Below are positions 40,601 through 48,673 of a DNA stretch of 64,000 bases, in pieces; the stretch's first letter is position 1, and each line of letters starts with the position of its first letter. The DNA comes from Alphaproteobacteria bacterium. GTDB lineage: Bacteria > Pseudomonadota > Alphaproteobacteria > JBFXJJ01. The stretch lies in assembly GCA_050175015.1 (NCBI GenBank), contig JBFXJJ010000008.1, positions 12,415 to 76,414 of the forward strand, given 5' to 3'. Under the pieces are notes generated by a model. That model saw only the letters and a list, made by a program, of their open reading frames with translations. It was not told the origin of the DNA and made no database searches. The translations under genes and the position numbers were made by a program.

Positions 40601-41187
40601 GGCTTAAATTCGTTATAAAACTCGTTGGTTACGGCATCGATTGAAAAGGCTTTTAATATATTGGTTATAGAAGAAAAGTCAGCCTTGCCGATTTGGGTTC
40701 TAAAAGTTTTGTTGGGCTTTTTCGGGTCAATAAAATAGGTGTATCGTTTATAATTGCCAAATTCTCTTTTTTTGCCTGCATAATGAACATTGATAAAGCT
40801 GAATCTTGCTTTGCCCTCGTTATCTGTAAATACAAAGATACCTGCATCATAAAAGCCTTCTTTAATGGCTTTTTTAGCAATGTCATATTGTGCTTTTTTA
40901 CTGCTACGCTCGGAAAGCCCTTTTTCTAATTCTCCAAGCAAAACAATGAGTTTTGAGCCTGTTCCAAATTCTATTTCACCTAACTTTTTTAATGATGAGC
41001 AAAAGGAATCTTCATCAATATGATGCGGAAGGTCTTCTTCTTGCGGTGTAAAAAAATCAGATTTTGAACGCAAAAAAGAAACAATCGTTTCTTTAGACAC
41101 TTGATTTATAAGCTTTTCAATCGGATTTGGGGACATTTGCAAATTGCCTTTATTTCTTTCTAATAGGTTTGAAAGTTTTGTTTTCAT
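37603..41187 (-). CDS. Type IIG-like restriction-modification / PglX-like N6-adenine DNA methyltransferase
   Basis: 1194 aa. SAM motif I ICDPAAGSGAFEV and motif IV IIGNPPYVRQ (gamma-class N6-adenine MTase). N-terminal YD...FTDNEGK could be a PD-ExK nuclease core. Confidence 0.72.
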   Translation of the reverse strand: MKTKLSNLLERNKGNLQMSPNPIEKLINQVSKETIVSFLRSKSDFFTPQEEDLPHHIDEDSFCSSLKKLGEIEFGTGSKLIVLLGELEKGLSERSSKKAQYDIAKKAIKEGFYDAGIFVFTDNEGKARFSFINVHYAGKKREFGNYKRYTYFIDPKKPNKTFRTQIGKADFSSITNILKAFSIDAVTNEFYNEFKPKFEQIAKSVKEIEDTSTKEDFALLFVIRTIFIGFVQKRGWLGGDQEFLQNFWLEYKAKFNGDNKFYKNWLEPLFFEALNSTPGTQVKYRNNDFSEKTQKTLQMAPFLNGELFKQKTGVDLASAYIPDKEIEAFFEFLFQYNFTIEENTNYDEELELNPEFLGIIFERLVNKKDGAVYTPRTEVDLMCRLSLVKWLEKNSNCTKQDLYHFIFREMGVDKEFDECQKQGDFTAKEIKGLIELLQNITICDPAAGSGAFEVGMMQVLDELLGSLQTRNNCPDEYKNYSAFDRKKEIIAKSLYGVEVKRWAVWINQLRLWLSLFIDMPEDKNTSFEPLLPSLNFKVRCGDSLVQRIGGKLFPIQGHASISQSIKAKVTKLKNAKIDFFNNKNGVDIHSIRNMEKNLFLDLLHDEITNKKEKLNEYMKTYSKQGSLIEFGEKTKKENSASLEKEKEQLREEIALLQEEAKNLTDNHPLVWNIEFAEIFGEKGGFDIIIGNPPYVRQEEISDPNGLVKDNKDYKDLLEQTVKVDYPSYFKAKTKTDKKSDLYVYFYLHTLRILNPKGIHCFVCSNSWLDVGYGAWLQEFLLNNVEMHYIIDNQVKRSFANADVNTIISIFSAPEDKFQKKDKKVKFVAFKKPFEEVVVTENLLEIENTNGILKTGSFRVYSINYDELYEAGVDENKYIGDKWGGKYLRAPDIFFTILEKGKDKLVKLKDVAEVRRGITTGCNEFFYLTDTQAKEWGIEEEFLKPATMKTNELKKIDVSKIKPKGFLFLCDKSKTELQGTNALKYIKWGEIAEIEIKQGKDKGKKLTGFHNIETVKNRKLWYFLGDRKEAEILWIIAHNDRNIAFLNSDRLVGDNFFEITVCKTNKINTLLFLNSTTTNLFRELYGRSNFGGGVLKTQKPDLNNFILLKDDCVNFSKLNTNNLFNREIKNIFEECGIDPKSDIPIEEQEPKPLADRKELDDIVFDAIGLTIDERKEVYRSVCQLVYNRISKAKSV

Positions 41188-42172
41188 TAATTAGGGCTAT
41201 AATTTCATCAATGTTTTTAATGCTATTAATTGTAAGTTCACAACATTCAACACCATAAAATTTTTGCACGCTTTCTGAAAGGTCTTCAACCTCATGCTGT
41301 TTTATTTTTTGTTTTGCCTGACCCGACGGCATAGTAATAACTAACCTGACCTTTTTCTTTCTCATATAAAGATAAGCAAAATTCTTTTTGTTATGTTGAA
41401 TTGAAACATAATATTTTTGAGGATTAATTTTTATATCGGTTATTGAATTTTTAATGGTTTCATAAATTTCTTTAACCTGATTTTCAACCCCTTCTAAATG
41501 AAATTCTTCGGTATAAGTTTTTTTAAGGTTGTTTGGCTCATCATCTTCAGCTTCTTCAATGTTTGTTTCAACCATTTCTATGACTTCAAAGTCTGGCTCT
41601 GATGTAAAAATAACTTCGCCGTTGTTATGAAATTCTTTGATTATCATAATTTTAACCATTTTATCCCAAGTGTCGGTATAGGTCGCCATTATTTCGGGAA
41701 GCTCTGGTTTTTTCTCATCTATAACAAGCAAAATATTCTGGGAATCTTCAACAATGTCCTTTATGCCTTTATAAAGTTCGTTGGTGCCAATATATTCAAT
41801 GAATTCGCTCTTCAATTCTGAATCTGTATTTACAATAATAAATATTTTCTCTATTAAATCTGTTCTACTTGAAGAGTTTTTGAAAAAAGCAAAAAACTTA
41901 GTAACTTGAGGAAAGATATGATTAAAAAAAGAGTGTCCTACAAGCTCAAATTCAACCAAATAAAAATCGGGGCTTTCTGGCTTAGTAAAATCGAACAAAA
42001 AACCATCTGGTATTGATTTTCCTAATTCTTGAGTTGCTATTTTCTTTTTTGGTATGTAAACAGTCTTTTCACCAAAAAGAAGTTTGTAATTATCAAGAAG
42101 AGTATTCTCGTAATCACTTTCTTTGCTGTATTTTTTCTCTAAAAACCGCTTTCCCTTATAAAATAAACTCAT
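41150..42172 (-). CDS. Hypothetical protein, possible nuclease-fold accessory
   Basis: 340 aa. GFLFDF...PDFYLVEFELVGH resembles a PD-(D/E)xK-like motif. Overlaps the MTase start by 38 nt. Confidence 0.3.
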   Translation of the reverse strand: MSLFYKGKRFLEKKYSKESDYENTLLDNYKLLFGEKTVYIPKKKIATQELGKSIPDGFLFDFTKPESPDFYLVEFELVGHSFFNHIFPQVTKFFAFFKNSSSRTDLIEKIFIIVNTDSELKSEFIEYIGTNELYKGIKDIVEDSQNILLVIDEKKPELPEIMATYTDTWDKMVKIMIIKEFHNNGEVIFTSEPDFEVIEMVETNIEEAEDDEPNNLKKTYTEEFHLEGVENQVKEIYETIKNSITDIKINPQKYYVSIQHNKKNFAYLYMRKKKVRLVITMPSGQAKQKIKQHEVEDLSESVQKFYGVECCELTINSIKNIDEIIALINENKTFKPIRKK

Positions 42173-42282
42173 TTTTTACCTGTGTTTTAATTGATTGTTT
42201 GAACATTTAATTAGATAGCATAAACTAATATTTATTTCTATAAAAATGGTAATCATTAATTGCTAGTTATTTTTAGTTTTCC

Positions 42283-42455
42283 TCGTTGAGCAATGAAATT
42301 GCGAATAAGATAATCCAAGTTTGTTGGCAGGAGAAAAGTGATATTACTTTTCATGTCCTGCCTTCTTAACCTAATAAGACACATTGCGAAAGATTGCAAA
42401 AGAGGTGGAATAATTGATAAATTTTGCAAAAGATGTGCAAAGCCTTTGTTTGTAA
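42283..42455. repeat. Conserved leader element copy A with hairpin (GGCAGG-N-CCTGCC, 42326-42362), upstream of the 340-aa/MTase operon
   Basis: Homologous to 62617-62760 (TCGTTGAGCAAT.AA.TTGCGAATAA...GGCAGGA..AGT..TATTACTTTT..TCCTGCCTTCT.AA...AATTGATAAATTTT..AAAAG..GCCTTTGTTT). Confidence 0.55.
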
Positions 42456-42689
42456 GGGTTTGATACTGGCTTAATTATGCAAAAATTGAGAAAGAACTGG
42501 ATTTTTTGAGAAAGAATAACAAAAATTGAAAAACTTGGAGAAACTCCTTATTTTTCAACGGTTTTAAGGGGTTAAAATTGATAAAATTTGCAAAAGAAGT
42601 GGACTCTTGTGGAATCTCTTAAATCCTCTTAAACTAGCTGATAAAATGTGATAATTTTTAAGGAAAGCCTTGTTTTTCAGAGCTTTAGC

Positions 42690-42980
42690 TTACAGGTTAA
42701 GATTTTTGCTCATTTTATTATGCAAAACCCTTACTATGAAGATATTGTCCTTTGAGACTTTGTAAAAAACATTATGGCTTTGAATTGTGTGTTGAAAATA
42801 GCCCTGCCTTATATAATCAACGGATACGCCAATATAAGGGTTTTCCTGCAAATTTAAAAAATGCCTTTTTAATTCGTTTATGTAGAGGTTGGCTTGCTCT
42901 TTGCCAAAAACATTAAAGGAATAAAGCCAAATATCTCTAATATCTTTTTCGGCTTTATTTGAAATTGTTAATTTTAACAT
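42690..42980 (-). CDS. parE: ParE-family toxin
   Basis: 96 aa, RelE/ParE fold pattern. Start overlaps the parD stop. Confidence 0.75.
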   Translation of the reverse strand: MLKLTISNKAEKDIRDIWLYSFNVFGKEQANLYINELKRHFLNLQENPYIGVSVDYIRQGYFQHTIQSHNVFYKVSKDNIFIVRVLHNKMSKNLNL

Positions 42981-43207
42981 CAGTTATGTTCTTTGTTTAA
43001 AGCTTCGATAATATCATCAATGCTATTAGGGCTTATTCCGCTTTGTTCTCCTTCAATTAAAGCCTGTCTTAAAACTTCAATTTCTTCGATATTATGGCGG
43101 ATTAAATCTCTAACATAATCGCTGGCGTTTGCATATTTGCCAGTTTCAACTTGAGTTTCGACCCATGATTTCATGGTGTTTGGTAAAGATATATTCATTG
43201 TTGCCAT
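42980..43207 (-). CDS. parD: ParD-family antitoxin (RHH/CopG-like)
   Basis: 75 aa. YANASDYVRDLIRHN motif typical of ParD. Confidence 0.7.
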   Translation of the reverse strand: MATMNISLPNTMKSWVETQVETGKYANASDYVRDLIRHNIEEIEVLRQALIEGEQSGISPNSIDDIIEALNKEHN

Positions 43208-43288
43208 TTTTCTGTCCTCCTAGATTTATAATGGCATAGATTGGCAAAGATTGTCAATATTATGAGGTTTAAAGTTAAAATATTTTTC

Positions 43289-43327
43289 ACATACCCATAC
43301 CGAAGCCGTAGCTTTTGGATTTTATTA
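43289..43327 (-). pseudogene. Remnant of a relaxase gene 3' end
   Basis: TCACATACCCATACCGAAGCC(G/A)TAGCTTTTGGATTTT is shared with 46507-46545, where it encodes the C-terminus ...KSYGFGMGM* of the MobA relaxase. Confidence 0.4.
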
Positions 43328-43453
43328 TTGCCTCAAGCTTGCGGCAACAAGAGGAGTTCCGTTGTTTTCAATTGCTTAAGCTTTAGATTTTTTCAGAAAT
43401 GGAATCTTAAAGACTCACTTAAACACTCCTAGACTCTCAAAGATTGTTTTAAA

Positions 43454-43747
43454 CTAATGCTGTTTAGCAGTAACAGAAAAAGAAAGCCCTAATGCGTTAA
43501 TAACCTGCATAATGGTTGCAAATTCAGGGTTGCCATCTAGTGATAACGCTTTGTAAAGACTGGCTCTACCTAATTTTGACTTCCTAGCAATCTCAGTCAT
43601 ACCTTTTGCTCTGGCAATATCTCCTAAAGCGGCTGTAACTAAAGCAGGATCATCTTCTTCCATTGCGGCAGAAAGATAAGCAATAATATCTTCATCAGTT
43701 TTAAGATGTTCTGCAACATCAAAAGGTCTGGTTTTAGTTTTAGTCAT
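43454..43747 (-). CDS. Addiction-module antidote protein (HTH, TIGR02684-like)
   Basis: 97 aa. ...GMTEIARKSKLGRASLYKALSLDGNPEFATI HTH. Sits downstream of the cognate killer. Confidence 0.7.
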   Translation of the reverse strand: MTKTKTRPFDVAEHLKTDEDIIAYLSAAMEEDDPALVTAALGDIARAKGMTEIARKSKLGRASLYKALSLDGNPEFATIMQVINALGLSFSVTAKQH

Positions 43748-43760
43748 ATTACAAAATCCT

Positions 43761-44084
43761 TTATAAGTTCTCTGCGAGCTTAATTGCTTTTAATATATCT
43801 TTTTCTTGAGTTCTTTTGTCTCCGCCAGCCAGCAAAATAACAATCTCTTCGCCCTTTTTGGTAAAATAAATTCTATAGCCAGCTCCATAATCTATCTTAA
43901 GTTCAGAAACCCCAGAACCTACAGACTTGAAATCGCCAAAATTACCTAAAGAAACACGGCGGATTCTAACATTAATTCTTGCCCTAGCTTCTTTGTTCTT
44001 TAGTTTTGCATACCATTTGGCAAAAACTTCAGTCTGTTCTATTTGTATCATTATAACTGTATCCCACAAAAGACAGTTTTGCAA
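43761..44084 (-). CDS. Addiction-module killer protein (RelE-like, TIGR02683-like)
   Basis: 107 aa. ...GSGVSELKIDYGAGYRIYFTKKGEEIVILLAGGDK pattern. Confidence 0.7.
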   Translation of the reverse strand: MQNCLLWDTVIMIQIEQTEVFAKWYAKLKNKEARARINVRIRRVSLGNFGDFKSVGSGVSELKIDYGAGYRIYFTKKGEEIVILLAGGDKRTQEKDILKAIKLAENL

Positions 44085-44192
44085 TATGATTTTTGTATTG
44101 TAAGTGTTTTTAATATAATAATGAGTTTAAAAAACACCTCAATAAATTTGATTAAAGAGGTGATTTTTTATTTTTAAAATCAACTTTAGTTT

Positions 44193-46355
44193 TTACGTTT
44201 TTCTAATTTTTTCAATGAAGCTTGCAACTTCGTTTTTAAGCTCTGCAGACTTTTCAGATAATTCTTTAGAGGCTGATAAAACTTGATTAGCAGCCGAACC
44301 AGCTTCACCTGCCGCTTGAGTTACACCACTAATATTGCTTGATACTTCTGCTGTTCCTTGTGAGGCTTGCTCAACATTTCTTGAAATCTCCGCAGTTGCC
44401 GCTCCTTGTTCTTCAACTGCACTTGCTATTGCTGTTGAAATCTCATCAATCTTATTAATAACCTCGCCAATTCTAGTTATAGCTTCAACTGCATTATTAG
44501 TCTTTTCTTGAACATCAGAAATTTGATTAGAGATATCTTCAGTTGCTTTAGCTGTTTGATTAGCTAAGTTTTTAACCTCACTTGCAACAACAGCAAAACC
44601 TTTACCAGCATCTCCAGCTCTTGCTGCTTCAATTGTAGCATTAAGAGCAAGTAAATTAGTTTGATTTGCAATATCTGTAATAAGTTCAACCACCTCACTA
44701 ATTCTTTGAGCTGATTCTGCTAAACTTCCAACAATTTCATTTGTTGAATGAATTTCATTAACAGCTTGTTTTGCAATCTCGGATTCTTCAGAAACCTGCC
44801 TTGAAATTTCAGAAATAGAAGCTGATAATTCCTCAGATGCGGCTGCAACTGTTTGAACATTTGCGGCTGCCTGCTCAGAGGCTGCTGCAACGGCTGTTGC
44901 TTGTTGAGCCGTTTCTTCTGATATAGCTGACATACTCTCAGCTGTTGAATTTAATTCTGTTGAAGCACTTGATACCGCATCAACAATACCCATAACTGCC
45001 TTTTCAAAATCATCAGCAAGTTTTTGCATCATTACTTTTTTTTCTTCTTCTTCGGCTTTTTGTTTTAATCTTTCTTGTTCTGCTTCTAGTTCTTTGGTTT
45101 TAACCGCATTTTCTTTGAAAACCTCAACAGATTTTGCCATATCGCCAATTTCATCAAAACGATCTTTTCCTTCAATGATAGTGTTTAAATCACCACCAGA
45201 AATACTAAGCATATTTTCTTGTAATTTAAGCAAGACTGATAATTGCTTTCTAAAAAAGAACGCTAAAATAATTGCAATTAGAATAATGATAGCAATAGAT
45301 GTGTAAGTAATTTCTTTAATAGTATCATTAACAATATTTAAAAATAAAGATTGCTCTAATCCTGTAAAATAAATACCTATTATTTCGCCTTGATTGTTTC
45401 TAATGGGATCATAAGCAGTAAAATAAGAACGTCCTAAAATATCAGCCTCACCAACAAAATATTTTCCTTCAAGCATAGCATCATAAACTGCACCTCTGGC
45501 AAGCAATGTGCCAACAGCTCTTTTACCATCTGCTTGAATAATATTTGTTGAAATGCGTTGAAACTCGGTTTGACCTCCTCTTTCAATTCTTTGAAAAATT
45601 GTTGCAACTCCGCCTGTCATTTCTGCAACCATATCAACAATTTCAAAATTATCATTTACTATATGAGCATCTGCAAAATCACTTTGAGGCAAGCCAACAA
45701 AATAAATGCCTATTACTTCTCCTTGATTATTTCTAATAGGATCATAAGCAGTAAAATAAGAACGACCTAAAATATCAGCTTCGCCAACAAAATATCTGCC
45801 AGCTATCATTGCATCATAAACTGCACCTCTGGCAAGTAATGTGCCAACAGCTCTATTGCCATTATCCATAATAATATTTGTTGAAATACGTTGAAATTCT
45901 GTTTGTCCTCCTCGTTCAATTCTTTGAAAAATTGTTGCAACTCCACCAGATATTTCTTGAACTCTATCCACTATTTCAAAATTATTATTAACAATATGAT
46001 TGCCAACAACAAGATTACCCTCTTCAATTCTTACATTTCTTCCTTTGCTATTGAAAACATCTTTTAAGATATTCATAGACGTTGTTTGATTATCATTAGC
46101 GATTCTTCTTAAAACCGCATTTCCATCAATAACCATTTGCCCGTTTTGAATTGAAACTCTTTCACCTTTACTGTTAAAGGTTGCTTGCAAAACCTGCATT
46201 GCAGTGTTTTGATTGCAGTTTGCCATTTCAAGCATTTGCTCTCTAACACTTCTAGAGGTTTGATAAGTTAATGCCGCCCCTAGAATAATTAAGCTTAAAG
46301 TGGAGCTTAAAACTATTTTGCTTGAAAATTTAAGTTTTTTGATAAAATCTAACAT
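44193..46355 (-). CDS. Methyl-accepting chemotaxis protein with a tandemly duplicated periplasmic sensor module
   Basis: 720 aa. HAMP plus the MCP signalling domain (highly conserved ...[18 protein letters not shown]... region). Two near-identical 111-aa sensor repeats. Confidence 0.85.
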   Translation of the reverse strand: MLDFIKKLKFSSKIVLSSTLSLIILGAALTYQTSRSVREQMLEMANCNQNTAMQVLQATFNSKGERVSIQNGQMVIDGNAVLRRIANDNQTTSMNILKDVFNSKGRNVRIEEGNLVVGNHIVNNNFEIVDRVQEISGGVATIFQRIERGGQTEFQRISTNIIMDNGNRAVGTLLARGAVYDAMIAGRYFVGEADILGRSYFTAYDPIRNNQGEVIGIYFVGLPQSDFADAHIVNDNFEIVDMVAEMTGGVATIFQRIERGGQTEFQRISTNIIQADGKRAVGTLLARGAVYDAMLEGKYFVGEADILGRSYFTAYDPIRNNQGEIIGIYFTGLEQSLFLNIVNDTIKEITYTSIAIIILIAIILAFFFRKQLSVLLKLQENMLSISGGDLNTIIEGKDRFDEIGDMAKSVEVFKENAVKTKELEAEQERLKQKAEEEEKKVMMQKLADDFEKAVMGIVDAVSSASTELNSTAESMSAISEETAQQATAVAAASEQAAANVQTVAAASEELSASISEISRQVSEESEIAKQAVNEIHSTNEIVGSLAESAQRISEVVELITDIANQTNLLALNATIEAARAGDAGKGFAVVASEVKNLANQTAKATEDISNQISDVQEKTNNAVEAITRIGEVINKIDEISTAIASAVEEQGAATAEISRNVEQASQGTAEVSSNISGVTQAAGEAGSAANQVLSASKELSEKSAELKNEVASFIEKIRKT
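45366..46031. repeat. Near-perfect 333-bp tandem duplication inside the MCP sensor-coding region
   Basis: Copy 1 at 45366-45698 and copy 2 at 45699-46031. In frame (111 aa), a few percent divergence. Confidence 0.8.
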
Positions 46356-46425
46356 TTTGATTTCCTTAAAAAAGATTAATATTTTTGTGCCATTTTACCT
46401 TTTTTATTTAATAGTTTTCAAGTTT

Positions 46426-46465
<40 letters not shown>

Positions 46466-46506
46466 GAAAATTCAAGGATTTTTCAATTATTTTTTTTGTA
46501 ATTTAT

Positions 46507-48036
46507 TCACATACCCATACCGAAGCCATAGCTTTTGGATTTTTTTAAGGCAAGTTCTTTTTCTTCTAGGTGTTCTTTATAACTTTTTTGCATTTTTTGA
46601 TAAAACTCATTGTTGGTTTTGAGGGTTTCTTTAATGGCTTTGTAAGTTTCATCATCTTTTTTAAGCTCGGGTTTTAGCTCTTTCATCATTGCATCAATGG
46701 TTTTGCTTTTGGCTCGCTCGGCATTGAGCGTATCAGATATTTTATCATAAACAAAAGAAGGGATAATAACATTGCCGCCAAGTTCTTCAATGGCAACAAC
46801 CTTTGGAACTGCATCTTTGCCATCTTCAAGATAATAGAATTTGTTTTCATTGTCATACTTAGCAAGGCTTTTAATCGCTTCTTGTGCTTCTGGTTTTTGA
46901 GGCATTTCAACATAAAAAATGGCTTTTTGTTTTTCTTCAGGTTTAACTTCGAGTTTTATTTCTGGTTTATGGGGTTCTGTTATGTGTCTGCTGGTTTTGC
47001 CAGTATTAAGAAACAAGGCGTTTATTAGTTTTTTCTGAGCAACAATAATTGCCATTGCAAATGGATCTTTTAAGGCTTCAGCCATTAAAAAATCTTTCCA
47101 AGTGTAAAAGGTTTTTTTGAGCAAGGATTGCTCTTTTGGCTTCTTTTTAACGGCTTGGTATTTCTGCCATAAAATAGGCGTGTTAGGGTGTTTGGTAAGT
47201 GGCTTTTCGGTATAGGTTCTTTTGGGTTCAACAATATTTTTTGATTCCTCAAATTTACCTAATCTTTTTTCCAAGGAGTTTTTAGAAAAACTCCTGTCTA
47301 AATCAGATGCTTTAATTGCAACTTTTTCATCTTTAGAAACTATCGCTAAACCGTTGCCTCTTTTTTTAAGAAGCAAACCAGCTTCTTCAAAAACATTATG
47401 TAAATCTTGCCATTTTTGGGCTTGGTTTAATGCTTTGGTTAAGGGTTCTTTTTGCTCTTTAACATAAGAATAAAAGCTTTGTTGCCAAGTTTTAGCCTCA
47501 AAATCTCTGGCTTTCTCGTGAGGTTTTTCATAATTTGGCTCTTTGGTTTTTTCAATACCGTTATCCGTTTTAAGATTATATTTCTTCTCCATATCTCGGC
47601 ATACTTTTGAGCGTTTGTAATAATCGTTTGATAAGGTCGCAACGTTGAAAGTTTCAGGGTTTATTTTGTTATAGGCAATATGCATATGAAAGTTATCGGT
47701 GTTTTGATGCGTGCCGACAACTCTTTGATGGGTTTCTATCCCTAAGGCTTTGGCAAACTCGCATTCAATTGCTTTTAAGGTTTTTAAATCAGGTTTTTCA
47801 TCTTTAAAAGAAACTAATAAGTGATAGGTTTTATCAACTTTGCATCTGGTGTTTTTGCTTTGAGTGTTTTCAATATCAATAATGGCTAAATCTAAATCAT
47901 CAATGGTTTCGCCAGCAATTGAGTTTACTATCCAAAAATCAGATAGTTTTTCGCCTTCGTCTTCTGCACCTGCAATATATTTAGCAAGCCTTCTAAAACT
48001 GCTCTTTGTTGTTCTTGGAATATGCTTAGAAATCAT
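46507..48036 (-). CDS. MobA/VirD2-family relaxase
   Basis: 509 aa. N-terminal relaxase domain with the HMHIAYNKI His-rich motif (3-His metal site) and ...TYHLLVSF.... Confidence 0.7.
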   Translation of the reverse strand: MISKHIPRTTKSSFRRLAKYIAGAEDEGEKLSDFWIVNSIAGETIDDLDLAIIDIENTQSKNTRCKVDKTYHLLVSFKDEKPDLKTLKAIECEFAKALGIETHQRVVGTHQNTDNFHMHIAYNKINPETFNVATLSNDYYKRSKVCRDMEKKYNLKTDNGIEKTKEPNYEKPHEKARDFEAKTWQQSFYSYVKEQKEPLTKALNQAQKWQDLHNVFEEAGLLLKKRGNGLAIVSKDEKVAIKASDLDRSFSKNSLEKRLGKFEESKNIVEPKRTYTEKPLTKHPNTPILWQKYQAVKKKPKEQSLLKKTFYTWKDFLMAEALKDPFAMAIIVAQKKLINALFLNTGKTSRHITEPHKPEIKLEVKPEEKQKAIFYVEMPQKPEAQEAIKSLAKYDNENKFYYLEDGKDAVPKVVAIEELGGNVIIPSFVYDKISDTLNAERAKSKTIDAMMKELKPELKKDDETYKAIKETLKTNNEFYQKMQKSYKEHLEEKELALKKSKSYGFGMGM

Positions 48037-48353
48037 AGCTCCTCAATCTTAGCCTTTAAAATTGCTCGTAAATCTGCAATAGCGTTAATATGTTTGTTTA
48101 ACTCTTCAGGATAAAAATTTTCATCAAGAGCAAGTTTAAACAGATTACCCAGCCTTGCTAAATCAGCATTGATTTTTAATAAATCAGATATAGCTTGTTG
48201 CTTGCCAATGTTAGGCAAGGGAATATTTAAAACCGCAAATCTTAAAAGCTCTGATTGTGATAAATTATAAGTTTTAGCTAACTCAACCAGTTTATCTTTT
48301 TCTTGCCTATTAAGATAAACAAGGCTTGCTATGTTTCTTTTATCTGGTTTCAT
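48033..48353 (-). CDS. MobC-family mobilisation accessory protein
   Basis: 106 aa. Overlaps the relaxase start. ...LNRQEKDKLVELAKTYNLSQSELLRFAV... and a C-terminal coiled segment typical of MobC. Confidence 0.6.
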   Translation of the reverse strand: MKPDKRNIASLVYLNRQEKDKLVELAKTYNLSQSELLRFAVLNIPLPNIGKQQAISDLLKINADLARLGNLFKLALDENFYPEELNKHINAIADLRAILKAKIEEL

Positions 48354-48355
48354 GG

Positions 48356-48673
48356 CTAAAGCTCTTCATCAGGAATTTTTCTCTTTGGATCAAAATGAAA
48401 CTTTTTAATCTCGTGAGGATTATCAGAGCTTAATCTTTTTTCTTCTGCTTCTTTGCGGGCTAAAAGCCTTAAATCTTCAGGGTGCATAAAATCTTTTAGA
48501 TTGATGTGCTTTTTGATAAATCGATAAAAAGATGCTTTAGAGCAGGTTATTTCTCTTTTTTCCTTTAGCTCGTTATAAATGCTATGCCTTGTATAGCCTT
48601 GTTTAAGCAAAAGCCTGATTTTGGCAGTTTTTGCGATTAGTTCATATCTAACTTGGGCGTAATATTTAGTCAT
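48356..48673 (-). CDS. Small hypothetical DNA-binding protein (HTH-like)
   Basis: 105-aa ORF directly downstream of the iteron cluster. CSKASFYRFIKKH resembles a recognition helix. Confidence 0.3.
   Translation of the reverse strand: MTKYYAQVRYELIAKTAKIRLLLKQGYTRHSIYNELKEKREITCSKASFYRFIKKHINLKDFMHPEDLRLLARKEAEEKRLSSDNPHEIKKFHFDPKRKIPDEEL

Noticed and set aside
29843-41187. Canonical DISARM or BREX system
   Set aside because: An SNF2 helicase, a PLD domain and a large N6-adenine MTase are all present. However, the core DrmA/DrmB (DUF1998) genes are missing, as are BrxC/PglZ/BrxL-like genes. The cluster does not fit either named system as defined.
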